Assembly (NCBI GenBank): GCA_012026655.1
Contig: JAAILG010000198.1
Span: forward strand, 1 to 64,000
Reading direction: 5' to 3'
DNA from: Hydrolagus affinis
Lineage: Eukaryota
DNA length: 64,000 nucleotides
In this document: piece after piece, positions 40,278-51,240 of the stretch
Numbering within the stretch: the first letter of the stretch is position 1
Layout of the letters: every line of letters starts with the position of its first letter
The notes under the pieces: model-generated
The model's database searches: none
What the model saw: the letters and a program-made list of their open reading frames with translations, nothing else
Told to the model about the DNA's origin: nothing
Program-made: the position numbers and the translations under genes

Positions 40278-40372
40278 AAAGACTTATATATAAGTATATA
40301 AATTTCTAAAATACATAATTTCTAAGTAATTATAAACGATAGAGATTGTTATCATTGTGCTAGGAAGCATAC

Positions 40373-40689
40373 AATAATAATAATCCTTGCATTTGATATA
40401 GAGTCTTACCGGATCTTCCAGACGTCTCAAAGCGCATCACAGAATATACTGTAAAGTGAATTGACTGTATATTTTGGGTGAAATGCAGCAGCCAATTGCG
40501 CACAGCAGTGTCCCACAAATAGTTATGGATTCAAATGACCGATTTTATTATTGTTTTTTTTTAGGGATTATTATCAGGCATGTGGAGTAAGGAAACTTGC
40601 CCAAGGTTTCGCCCTAACCTGCCGAGAATTGAATCCAGGTCTCACGCTTATAATGCAAATGCTCTAACCACTGAGCCACAGGACTCCAC
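40373..40689 (-). mobile_element. Full-length tRNA-derived SINE (SINE2-1_CM-like)
   Basis: The reverse complement starts GTGGAGTCCTGTGGCTCAGTGGTTAGAGC...GGATTCAATTC and ends AAATGCAAGGATTATTATTATT. Confidence 0.96.
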
Positions 40690-43335
40690 ATTGAAAAGCC
40701 ATGGTCTGGATTTCGTACCAATTGTACAAGGCGGTAGCACTGTTTCCTTGAATGCATTAGTAAAGGAATTCAGTTTCACTGTAAAATACAAGGCTTGTTA
40801 GTTATTCTCATTTCTGGTTCAGAAATTCCTCTTATTTTGAAACTACTTAAGATAGAAATATCACTTTTTTTATTCGCAGATATCATTTAATTCAGTCCCT
40901 TCCATTCGGTGGAACAAAATGTGCAACTTTAGATTTCTTTTAGCTGCGCCAAGCAAATTTTCAAATCAAAACCCTATCCAGACCTAGCTGAACAATTGAA
41001 ACAACTAGAAGGATGTTAAAAATATATTAGTAGCGTGCAACAAATAAAATTGGAAAGTTAAGAAACTGTGAAGCCTTTTTCTAAGGTTTATATAGCATCG
41101 AAGAGCCAGAAAACAATAGTTGCCTTCACATAATACTTTTAAATGATTTAAACTGTCTCAAATTATATAACCCATTTTGCTATCTCATGATACTGGTATC
41201 TATTGCCACTGGTATCTTAGTATTGGCCATTCTATTGTCTTTTTAAAAAGAGCTGTCCCTAATGGTACAAGAAAGTGTCTACCACTGTTTTTTAAACAAA
41301 AATAAAATTGCTTTTATTCATCCTTTTCACATCAATATTTGTCATTAAACTAAAGATGCATATGACTTGGTCCAGTGATCATTGTAAGGGAGCATTTTTT
41401 ATGAAAAGGTTAGGGATAGGCCTTCTCCTTTTCAGAGACGTGACATGAAAGTTTTCTGCTCCCTTAAGTAATTTCTCTACTTTTCCTTCGCATATGCAGT
41501 GCTCACATGAACAGCTTCCTCATCAACTGAAATGGTGAGACAATACGGTTGTCAGCCGTCATCTTGGGTGATATTCAAAAAAAGCTCTTGAGTGAGGCTG
41601 CGTTGGAAATGCAATCCTATGTAAAGGACGCTATGTCAATGCAGATTATCATTGTCTTTGTTGCAGAATCTTTCTCCCAACTACGTTCCTGCAAAATACT
41701 GCAAAATGCAAAGGACAAGGTTATCCTGAATGCAATTGAGATACTTAACTTGCATCTTCCAGCTTTTATATTACTTTTATTGCTTGCTATCTCATAAAAA
41801 AAAATCCCAAATCCAAGCCTACACTGGGAGGGGACATAAAATCTGATTTGAATCTATCTTTTTAACCCATCTTTTTGGCTTCTGAGATCCTACAAAGAAA
41901 CGAATGTATTGTGATGAAGGTGATAAATGAGGCCTGACACGTGTATAGTTCCGTCCCAGATGTTCCCTATTAATGTAGAATAAGTGACATTTGTTGCTGT
42001 TTGTTGCTGGTCCAATATACAAAAGGATCAAAAGGCTTTCACGAGCATTTTGAAGACCGCACTAACAAATGTGCTGTTACCTGAATGTGGTGAGCAAAAT
42101 AAATCCAGACTAATAGATTCCTCCAAGTGAGTTACACGACTGTAATCTAATTGAGGGATGCAGATGACATCATAACCTGAGAGAGTGAAGCTCGAGTGAT
42201 TTATAAATGTCATCTGAACCTCAAGATTAAATTACAGCCTTCAACTCGCTCTGCGATCGTTGCCATTTGATATAACGTATGGAATTTTTGTGTTACTTTT
42301 TTTCCTCCCCCTTAGTGTTTTCGGGCGAGTTCCAGGACGCCTTGCCATTTTCGGAAGCATTCCGACGTCTCAGTGCAGTGCCAATTAACATTCGCAGAAA
42401 GGTATTATATTCCTCTCTAATGTCATTAACTGCAAATTTACCGCAAAGTAAAGCTGCCATGAGATTGCAAGGAAATTCCACAGAAACATTTCAGCAAATG
42501 TGTGCGTTCTATTAAAATCAGAAATCCAACTACAGGTCAGCTGTGTATTATTGCCATTTGAAATCATTCCACAGGTTGACTGCTGGAGATAGACAATAGG
42601 GTCTACATTTAATAACTTGTGACAGACTAGAATTATTTTATCACTTGTTTCCTTCATTAATAACTTGAACTGTGCTGTTGTTTGGGTCTGCTGGGAGAAA
42701 CGTTCTTGTGAATTTGTGAGAGAGGGATATAAAGGATTCAATATCTTTGAAGTGAATGCTCAACTTTCCATCCTACCCATTGCATAATTGGTGAGGAGAA
42801 CTAATTTCCTGCACATATTTTAGTTTATTTTTAGCGGTATCATTCTTAGGCCGTTATTTTTCATCCGGCATTCTGTATGTTTCAAAGTTGACAATCTGTT
42901 TTGAATATGTTTAATAATGCAACATTAGACTCAAGATACTAGCTAATAGAAACCAAATTCTCCTCGTTTTTAGAAATGTGCAATTACCATAGAATAGCTG
43001 CTAAGAAATCCATTATCAATTTATTTTTGCATAAAAAAGCAATTTGCCATGAATACGGCAGCAAAGATCTTTGTCACAAAGGCACACGTCCCCAGCACTT
43101 CCTTCGTGCTCCCCAATTGCTTCTAATGAGTTGATTAGTTTACTTTAACTTGTTTCCTCCCATCTCTCCAACATAGGGACCTCCTCACTTTCTAGACTTG
43201 TTTCCCTGGTCTGAAATCATCAACCATCAATGCTCAAGATGTGGAGGACACAGTAATCACTGACCAATGCCGAGCGCAGAAGAATTTGGTTGCATGTTTA
43301 AGGCACTTTTTAGAACATGGACAGAACAGAACATT

Positions 43336-43577
43336 TAAAGATCCCAAAGCACTATTCAAAAAGAGGAGGGAGTTGCTTCCAGGGTCCTTGCAAACAATCG
43401 CCCAAGTGAAATTAGTTATTTACTATGTGGCTATTTGTGGGACACTGGTGTGTGTAAATCGGCTGCTGTGTTTCCTACAAACACACAATCACTCAATTTC
43501 ACAGTGAATCCTGTGAAATGCTTTGGGATGTCCCCCTGACGTGCAAGGTTCTTTACCGAATGCAAGTAATATTATTA
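43336..43577 (+). mobile_element. DeuSINE 3' half
   Basis: AAAGATCCCAAAGCACTATTCAAAAAGAGGAGGGAGTT...TTTGTGGGACACTGG...GCTTTGGGATGTCCCCCTGACGTG...ATGCAAGTAATATTATT. Confidence 0.85.
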
Positions 43578-43604
43578 CTGTCAGCAATTGAGCATTGACC
43601 TTAA

Positions 43605-43650
43605 CAGCTCAGATCTTCCTGATCTGTGTGGCTATGGCAGCACTGAGCAA
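43605..43650 (-). mobile_element. Ancient SINE head fragment (same family as 3940-4205)
   Basis: The reverse complement GCTCAGTGCTGCCATAGCCACACAGATCAGGAAGATCTG resembles the recalled GAGCCATACAGACCAGGAAGGTCCC. Confidence 0.4.
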
Positions 43651-43928
43651 TGCCTTCAGCGTCTGAAACCAGCCTTCACCCGAGCCCGACTTTAAAATGC
43701 TCTTTAAATCCTCCCATTTCCCTACGTCTACCTGAATGTTCGGGAAAAGTGCTTTCGAGAGAAATTATTCAGCAAAATTCATATCCAAGCACACAGCAAT
43801 GCAATTTAAGTGTACACAAAGTATGTGGTATTCAGATGAGAACTTGAAGATGGAGTCCTAAAGTCCAATTCCGTGAATGTCTTAATAATTTTATGCTTCC
43901 GTGGAATAGAAACAGATTATACTATACT

Positions 43929-44260
43929 AACAGCAACAACAACAAACAACAAAATTACATTTATAGAGCGTCTTTCACGTTGGGAGGACATCCCAAGGCA
44001 TTAATTGAACATGCTGACAAATCAAACGGGATTTTGCAACAAAAAAGAATTCAGCCAGTTTACCCTCAAGACCGTTCTTTTGAACTGTGCCTTCAGTCTC
44101 CCTCCTCTCCTCTCTGCCCTCCCTCATCCTAACCCTGCCTGCCCCCACCACCCCCATGATTGGATCCTGACCCCTGACTGTTCAGCTCCTTGGGACATCC
44201 TCCCAACATGAAAGGCGCTCTATAAATGTAATTTTACCTGGTTGGTTGTTGTCGTTGTTT
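43929..44260. mobile_element. MITE-like inverted pair of L2-like tails around a ~190 bp spacer
   Basis: Arms AAAATTACATTTATAGAGCGTCTTTCACGTTGGGAGGACATCCCAAGG and CCTTGGGACATCCTCCCAACATGAAAGGCGCTCTATAAATGTAATTTT are complementary at 44 of 48 positions. ACAGCA lies at both outer ends. Confidence 0.88.
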
Positions 44261-44331
44261 ACAGCACTCAGTCCCACGTTTTCACTAGCTGGGTAAAGAA
44301 CTTCCTCTTAAACTCCCTCTTAGATCTGCCA

Positions 44332-44410
44332 CTGGACACCCACTTTCCTGGACACCACTCGTCTAAACGATATCACCTCTAAACAATATCTAAACAATAT
44401 CTCAGGACAC
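44332..44410. repeat. Short tandem duplications
   Basis: CTGGACACC(C)ACT occurs twice and TCTAAAC(G/A)ATATC three times. Confidence 0.75.
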
Positions 44411-45564
44411 AAGCAATTCAGCTTGCTGGCTTGGCTTTCTCTTGCGTGTGAGCAATGCGATTTTGACAGACAACAAGAAAGTTTGCACCTTCATATTGCA
44501 TGTGCCAGAGCCAGTGAGATGATTAACAGCAAGTAGGCGCTTGTTTCAAATGCAATTATTGATTTTTCCTGGCAGTCCAGTGATCACATGTCCGTCCATC
44601 TACCTACATTCCGTCAAAAATAAATGCCCATCTTTTCTGTGGTAACGTCATTGGTCAATTACTGCCTATAGCCCAACAGCTATCTTTGCAGTAACCTTAT
44701 TTTTTGACATGTTTTCTACAGGGAATTAACCCTCAAAAGTGCTACTGGCAAGATAGCTTGTTTTCAGTCGTGCTCAACTTCCTGCACTGCTGACAAGTTT
44801 TCTCATTGGGCAGTCAGATCGCAGGACATCAGCCCGAAAACCATGCCACAGTTTGACTGCGTAGCTCCAGTGACATGGTGAAGTCAAAGCAAAATGCTCA
44901 AGGAACCGTTTGGATTTAAAATGCAGAGAAGAAAAGAAGAAAAGACAAAATAGGGAAGGAGAGAGAACAGTACACAAAAAAAAGGCTGTGCAAAGTGTAA
45001 TTTTACTTAAAGTTACTTGAAACTGTACATGTTCCAATAATAAAGATGCTCTCAACATCTCTGGTTTAGGGCTTTTTTCAGCATCAAACATATATTTTTA
45101 AACTGAAAACAACAAACTCCACTGATCTGCTATGGGTTAAAAGGGATGTGGTTGCCTTGGTGCACAATGAGTAAAACTCCAAATAAACAACTGGGAGAGC
45201 GGCACCTGAGCGAGACATGTCTGTGTGCTGGCTGTGGCCTTACAGGCAAATTTGAAATGCGGTCGATATCTTCAACTGTTACATAAGAGCTAAGTAAGTC
45301 TATTGGAATGATCGGGGTTCATATCATTTAAGAGGAATGCAAATGTTGCAGATTTTTAGATCATGTAAGAAGTGATACCTGCTTCTCACCCCAGAATGTG
45401 CACAGTCCTATAATTTGAACAAGGCGAACTACTGAGACCTATGGCATATGTTTTCCAGTTAAAATGAGTGTTGGATAATAAGCAGGTATTACTAAAATGG
45501 GCAAAAAGGTTCTATCAAGCCTCTCTATCAGCTGGTTCCTGGAATCCACCCTGTTTACTTTTAT

Positions 45565-45812
45565 TTAAAAAAAACACAAAATAGTACAGATGCTGGGAAT
45601 TTGAAACACAAACAGAAGCTGCTGGGGAAACTCAGCAGGTCAGGCAGCATCCATGGAGAAAGGAAAGCGAGTCAACGTTTTGGGTCCATGATCCTTTGTC
45701 AAAACTCAAACTATCCTCTGACAAAGGGTCGTGGACCCGAAACGTTGACTCGCTTTCCTTTCTCCATGGATACTGTGTGACCTGCTGAATTTCCCCCCAG
45801 CAACTTCTGTTT
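45565..45812. mobile_element. Palindromic Penelope-like (pLTR-derived) insertion with hammerhead-like motif and 14-bp TSD
   Basis: Inverted arms of about 93 bp (45610-45702 and 45718-45812). CTGTTTACTTTTAT is duplicated at 45551-45564 and 45813-45826. The right arm contains CTGACAA-A-GGGTC-GTG-GACCC-GAAACGTT. Confidence 0.85.
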
Positions 45813-46007
45813 CTGTTTACTTTTATGATGCATCAAGCAAACACCAATGATGACACTGAAACACTGAAGCCGTGTGAACTCATTTCTGAGCAGTTGTTTC
45901 TAAATCAGGATCCATAACTTTTGACCCTGGTTCAGGGGAAGATTCCAGATTAGGTGGCTTCAATAGTTCACCGTCTGTTTTTACACACAACAGAAAACAA
46001 TATTACA

Positions 46008-46293
46008 GATGCCCTCGTTCACACGAGACGTCAAACTAAGATCTTGTCTCCCTGCGCAGGTGGAGGTTAAAGATCTCATCACACTAGTCGCAAAGAGAAG
46101 GGAGTTTTTCCCTCCAGCCCTGGCCAACCATCCTCTGGAAAAAGTGAATCTCTCACTCATAATTGTGTGATGTTGCTGTGGACAAATTAACTACAAAACA
46201 CACAGTCGCCACACTTCACATTAGATCCTGTGAGTGATGTCCCCCTGAAGTGAAAGGCGCTGTATCAGATTGCAAAGATTATTATTATTATTA
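46008..46293 (+). mobile_element. DeuSINE 3' two-thirds
   Basis: GAGACGTCAAACTAAG...CAGGTGGAGGTTAAAGATCTCATCACACTA...GGGAGTTTTTCC...GTGAAAGGCGCTGTATCAGATTGCAAAG(ATT)n. Confidence 0.85.
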
Positions 46294-47145
46294 CTATGAA
46301 CTAAAAACTGTTAAGTAAAATGAATCATGTTTTCCTCCACGATTCACACACTCATGTCGGATCCAACAGAGGCCACTAGATTGTGAGGAGGATCAAAAAT
46401 CCTGGCTCAAACCTTTTCCTTCACTCAGTCACTCAGGAGCATCGATTTCTCCCCCACTACCCCCACCCCCCTCTCACCCCCCACCCCAGTTAAGTAACTT
46501 GAAACCAAAGAAAGGATCCAATATTTGTGGAGAAAACAAACTTTTTTTCAGGAACAGAAGAACTGAAACAGACTATTGTCTGTTAAACTATTGTTCGATA
46601 GTTTAACAATTTCTACGATGGAATAGAATTCCTTTTTAAAAAAGCAACTGTAAAAAAAAACCCTTCAAATACAAAATTGTGCAATAGCCCTGTGATTAAA
46701 GTGAACCAGCGTTTAACTTGGCCAGTCCATACAAGTCCGTCCTTGGCCTTTGGATCCTGTTTGTTTGACTGTCACATCTGCCGTCCGTGATGTCAGGCTC
46801 AACTCAGGCAAAGCAAACAAAGCCAGTTTCGTTTTTGGCTTCTGTTCAGCTCAGCTCCATGTACAGCACAACCGGTTAATAATTCTGCCTTCCCAGTTGT
46901 ATTTTTACTTCTTTTTCCTGCAATAAGTGTGATTGACCAGCTTATGTGAAAAAAATTTGCAATTCATTCCTTTTTTTAAACTAGTGGGTGTTAATGATAC
47001 CTATTCTAAATCTGATTTAACTCAATTGTTTTATTCCCGTATTGCTCGCAGTCCAGCTTGTGGGTTAGGATGACTGTCATTCCTGCATCATCGCCCACAT
47101 CCATATCATTGCGTGAAACAAACCTAGCTATATATATAACTATGT

Positions 47146-47318
47146 TAATAATAACCCTTGCATTGGATCTAACATTTTCACATCAAGACATTTCAAAGCA
47201 CTTCACAGAATATACTGTAAAGTCAATTGATTGTATATTTGTGGGTGAAACGTGGCAGCCAATTGTACAAAGCAGTGTCCCACAAAGTCATGGATTTAAA
47301 TAACCAATTTATTATTGG
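47146..47318 (-). mobile_element. SINE 3' part
   Basis: TAATAATAACCCTTGCATTGGAT...CAAAGCACTTCACAGAATATACTGTAAAG...GCAGCCAATTG...GTCCCACAAA. Confidence 0.92.
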
Positions 47319-47580
47319 GGGGATGAATGATACGATACCATGATAGTTATAACAGTGAAATCTCATAAAGGTTCCTCTCAGTCTGAGCATTCATGTGGCA
47401 TTTGCCACTAGGTTGGCTGTAGCGTTGAATAATATGCATGGTGATGGCTTGCTGATCCTATACAATTCGAGATGGTGGTGCATTTGAAGGTGTCGTTGCA
47501 CTGACAGAGTTGATCACATCTCGCGAGGCCAGAACTTCCACCTATCGTTAACCTGGGAGACCTTTTCCACCCACAAAATC

Positions 47581-47696
47581 TTTTCCACCCACAAAATACA
47601 CAGTCAATCCACTTTCCAATACATTCTGTGAAGCGCTTTGAGACGTCTCAACAACGTGATATGGTGCCATAACCAATCCTAGGATTATTATTATTG
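47581..47696 (+). mobile_element. SINE 3' fragment preceded by a 17-bp tandem duplication of its 5' junction
   Basis: TTTTCCACCCACAAAAT occurs at 47563 and 47581, then CTGTGAAGCGCTTTGAGACGTCTC...AGGATTATTATT. Confidence 0.9.
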
Positions 47697-48260
47697 TTAA
47701 AAACGTGGGAATCACGCAGAACTGAGGGACACTCTTTAATTCAGCTTCACAATGTGGAAGCTGCTTTTCTGCAGTTCTTAAATTTAAAGAACTAAATCAC
47801 AGGCCAAGACTAATCAGGAGCTCCAGCCTTCACTGAGACCTGGTCAAGAACGCTGTGAGGCAGGTAGCAGAGGCATTCAGGCCTAACCAATCAATCTTTA
47901 AAAACAGCGATCACTTCAGTGCTTGGTTGGGGAGAGAGAGAGAGAGACGGGCTTTCCGTGTTTCGTGACTCAAAGAGACAATAATTCAGTTTACCCCATT
48001 GAGGCCATTTCATTATTACCTTCTGATAAGATCATTCATCTCTTAAATTGACAGTTTATACTTAAAAGGATTCCGTGCACACCAATCAAAATCATATTTT
48101 GCATGCTATGTGGAAACGTGTAGAGGTTTACTGACCATTTGGGGATACGGGTTAGTGGGAGAGCGTGACAGTGCCACTAACGAAGGTGATTGATTTGTTA
48201 CGTTCAGTTCCATTCAGTTTCTTCTCACTACAAACCCTAAACTACCTGAAGGTATGTATG

Positions 48261-48281
48261 TATATATATATATATATATAT
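48261..48281. repeat. (TA)n microsatellite
   Basis: Direct read of the sequence. Confidence 0.95.
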
Positions 48282-50740
48282 CTATATCTAGGGTGGCAAA
48301 AAAGTTTTTGGATGCTGCGATCTATTATTTGAATCTGATTTCATCCGCAGCAAAAAGAATCCTTTTCCTCTTAAATAAAAATTTTGCTTGGCAAAACTGA
48401 GTTGATCTTATCAGGATTGGACTGTGCTCAAACTGTTTCAGTAGTCCCACTGAAGGATCGGCCTTGACAGACCACAACTACTGTGTATGCAGTGACACAT
48501 GTAATACAACTGAGCTTTACAATTCTGTTTTCGCTGCCAAAACCTAAAGAACAACGATATAAGAGAGATAAAGCAAATGGTTTTACTCTACTGTGCTTCG
48601 GTTGCCAAAATTATTCTATTCTGGTTAAGAAAGGATTTGGACAATCCATGAGGATTATATTTATGTGGCACAGCCAGATCTGAAGCTGGAGGAATATATG
48701 AGTAAGCTGAGCGCAGGCTCCTGTTTCAAACACCTGGTCTCCATTAATTTCACATCCCCATATCCATGCATCCTGTATTGGACTGGTATGTAAATTAAGC
48801 CACAGGCGCTTTAATCTTTATATCATTAAACCGGTAAAAGGTCAACATGGAGTTGCAACACATTTTTTCTCTGAATTCTTAACAGCAGACTGACTCGAGT
48901 GGAAATCAAGGCCTGCCAGTATTTAAAAAGAGAACAATTATAGTATTAAGAACCCACTTTTCTCCTGGCCCTTTTCCCAGTGCTAAATGAAACTGTACCT
49001 TTGTGCCTCATGTTGAAGTTATTTATTCTCCTAAGCTTAGCTGATCAAAGGGACTGCTAAAGCAGGAACAGATAGACAGAGCTAATAGGTACTGAAAAGG
49101 CATTAAAATCTCATTGTTGCCAAAACATATTCCCTATTCATTTGAAAAAAATGAAGCATTCCTTGCACATATTAACCTAATTATTTGGGGAAAAATGATC
49201 AGCTCTTGTGTGCGTAGCTAATGTATTTCTGTCAAGGTCTATTTCTCCTCAGTTTTTCTCAAAGTCTTTCTGATGTTCTTCATTTAGGAATAAATGAAAA
49301 CAGAAGTTGTTGTGAAAACGAGGAGAGCTGCTATATGTTTCATGGTGTAAAAAAAACTTTGCTGTCTGCCAAGTACAAAGCCCCCCAAAATTTAATTCCA
49401 CCCCTCTGAGGCCTGTAACTAGGTTGTGGAGTAAAACAGCACATCTATAGAGAACTTGCAGTAATATATAAACTTCTGAACGTTATGCTTTAAAGGTCAA
49501 CATACGTCATAGTGCAAGGTTCGTAGGGAACAGATCCAAACCAATATATACGGTGAAATAATGGGGTCTTAAAGCAGGATTTCTAAAGGGATTCCTCAAC
49601 AGAAATAAGAGTTCTTTCTGATTTTACATCGCTGTGAAACTGTGATGGCTCTGCTTCAAGACCTACAATAGAGTGGGGTTCCATGAGTCATTAGCATCTT
49701 TTAAGTATCTTGGTAGACATTCCATACTTTAGATCCCAATAAATGAGGGTATAAACTGCTCTGTCCTGAGCAACATTGTTTTTTTTTTGTTGTAAGATGC
49801 AGAGATTTGGAGGGCTGTGTGGCCTTATTATTTTTTTTTTAGGTAGTTTAGGTCAAAGTGATGGTATGAATGGTATCTGAATCAGGTTCCATTTGCCAGG
49901 AACTCTGATAAACCAGAATAAACCAAATTCAGATTGATTTAGAATCTCATTTATTGCAGAGCTCATGCTTCGCATTGATACACAAATGGGTTCAATGCTA
50001 AAATATTTTCCCTTCAGAGCCACAGAATGCTTAAGAATGTGCGGCCACACCTGAAAACCAAGAGCTCTGAGTATGCAATGTAAAAATGCCTGAAGTCAAG
50101 GCCTAATGAGATTATCTGACTGTAACCTGAGAGGTAATATTTTGACACTTGCAGCCAGAAGATTGAGGTCTATTTAAAAACACAACTCCCTTCCTCCCAC
50201 CCCTGGAAGCCTCTTTTCTCGATACTGTTCACTTAAGGCAGAATGGATGGAGGTTGTTGAATGGTGGATTATATTCGGTGATGGTCCCAGTTACCTATTC
50301 CTATTTCTCACTAGTCACTAATCAATCGAGTATCAATCAGTCCAAAACTTGAACTAGGATCTCAGGTTTCACTGATAATACCCGCAAGGCTGTCTGGCCA
50401 TCAAACAATCAACGTTTGTTGTTACTGGAAGGTCCACGTAGAAGGAACACTGATAGTTACTACTTAAAGAGGTGACACGTTTGTAGAAAAGTGTTTGGAA
50501 AACCCTATTTACATTTGATTAAAAACATGCAGCGCGAAAATCATGTAAATGCCATGCCAAAAAGTGTCTTGCAAAAATGTCTCCTCATAATTTTCCTGAC
50601 CAAGTTGCCATAGATAGCAGTTTAGGAAGATGAGCGATACTACCACATATGCAAACGCTAGAACAAATGACTGGGCTATGTCGATCCAACATTCTGAATC
50701 GAAAATTGAAGTAAGAAAAATAATAATCTTTATATTTGAT

Positions 50741-51019
50741 CCAGGCCGGTCAGGGCGAAACCTTGGGCAAATTTCCTTACTCCACAGGCCTAATAATAAT
50801 CTCTCTAAAAAAAACACAATAATAAAATTGGTCATTTCAATCCACGACTGTTTGTGGGACACTGCTGTGCACAATTGGCTGCTGCATTTTGCCCACAAAT
50901 ATACATATACACAAATATAGGCGCAAATATATATGGCACTTTACAGTGTGTTCTGTGTAGCACTTTGAGACGTTTAGAAGACGTGAAAAGCACTATATCA
51001 AATGCAAGGATTATTATTA
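50741..51019 (+). mobile_element. 5'-truncated SINE nested in an antisense SINE tail, TSD TTGAT
   Basis: CCAGGCCGGTCAGGGCGAAACCTTGGGC...AAATGCAAGG(ATT)n. The flanks TAATAATCTTTATATTTGAT and TTGATATAGTGCCTT rejoin into a reverse tail. Confidence 0.92.
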
Positions 51020-51080
51020 TTGATATAGTGCCTTGCAAACTGGCTGCCATGCGTCTCCCACAAAATACATTTCATTTAGG

Positions 51081-51240
51081 AATTGCGGCCAGAACACCAG
51101 GAGAAATTCCCTTTTTTTCCCCGAAAAAGTGCCAATGGGATCTTTTAACGTCCATTTGAACAGATGGGACCTGGGATTAATACCTCACCTGAAGGACGGC
51201 ACCGCCAACAACGTGGAGCTCCTTCAGCCCTGCACTGAAG
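51081..51240 (-). mobile_element. DeuSINE Deu-domain fragment
   Basis: GGCCAGAACACCAGGAGAAATTCCC...AGTGCCAATGGGATCTTTTAACGTCCA...CTCACCTGAAGGACGGCACCGCCAACA...CTGCACTGAAG. Confidence 0.85.
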
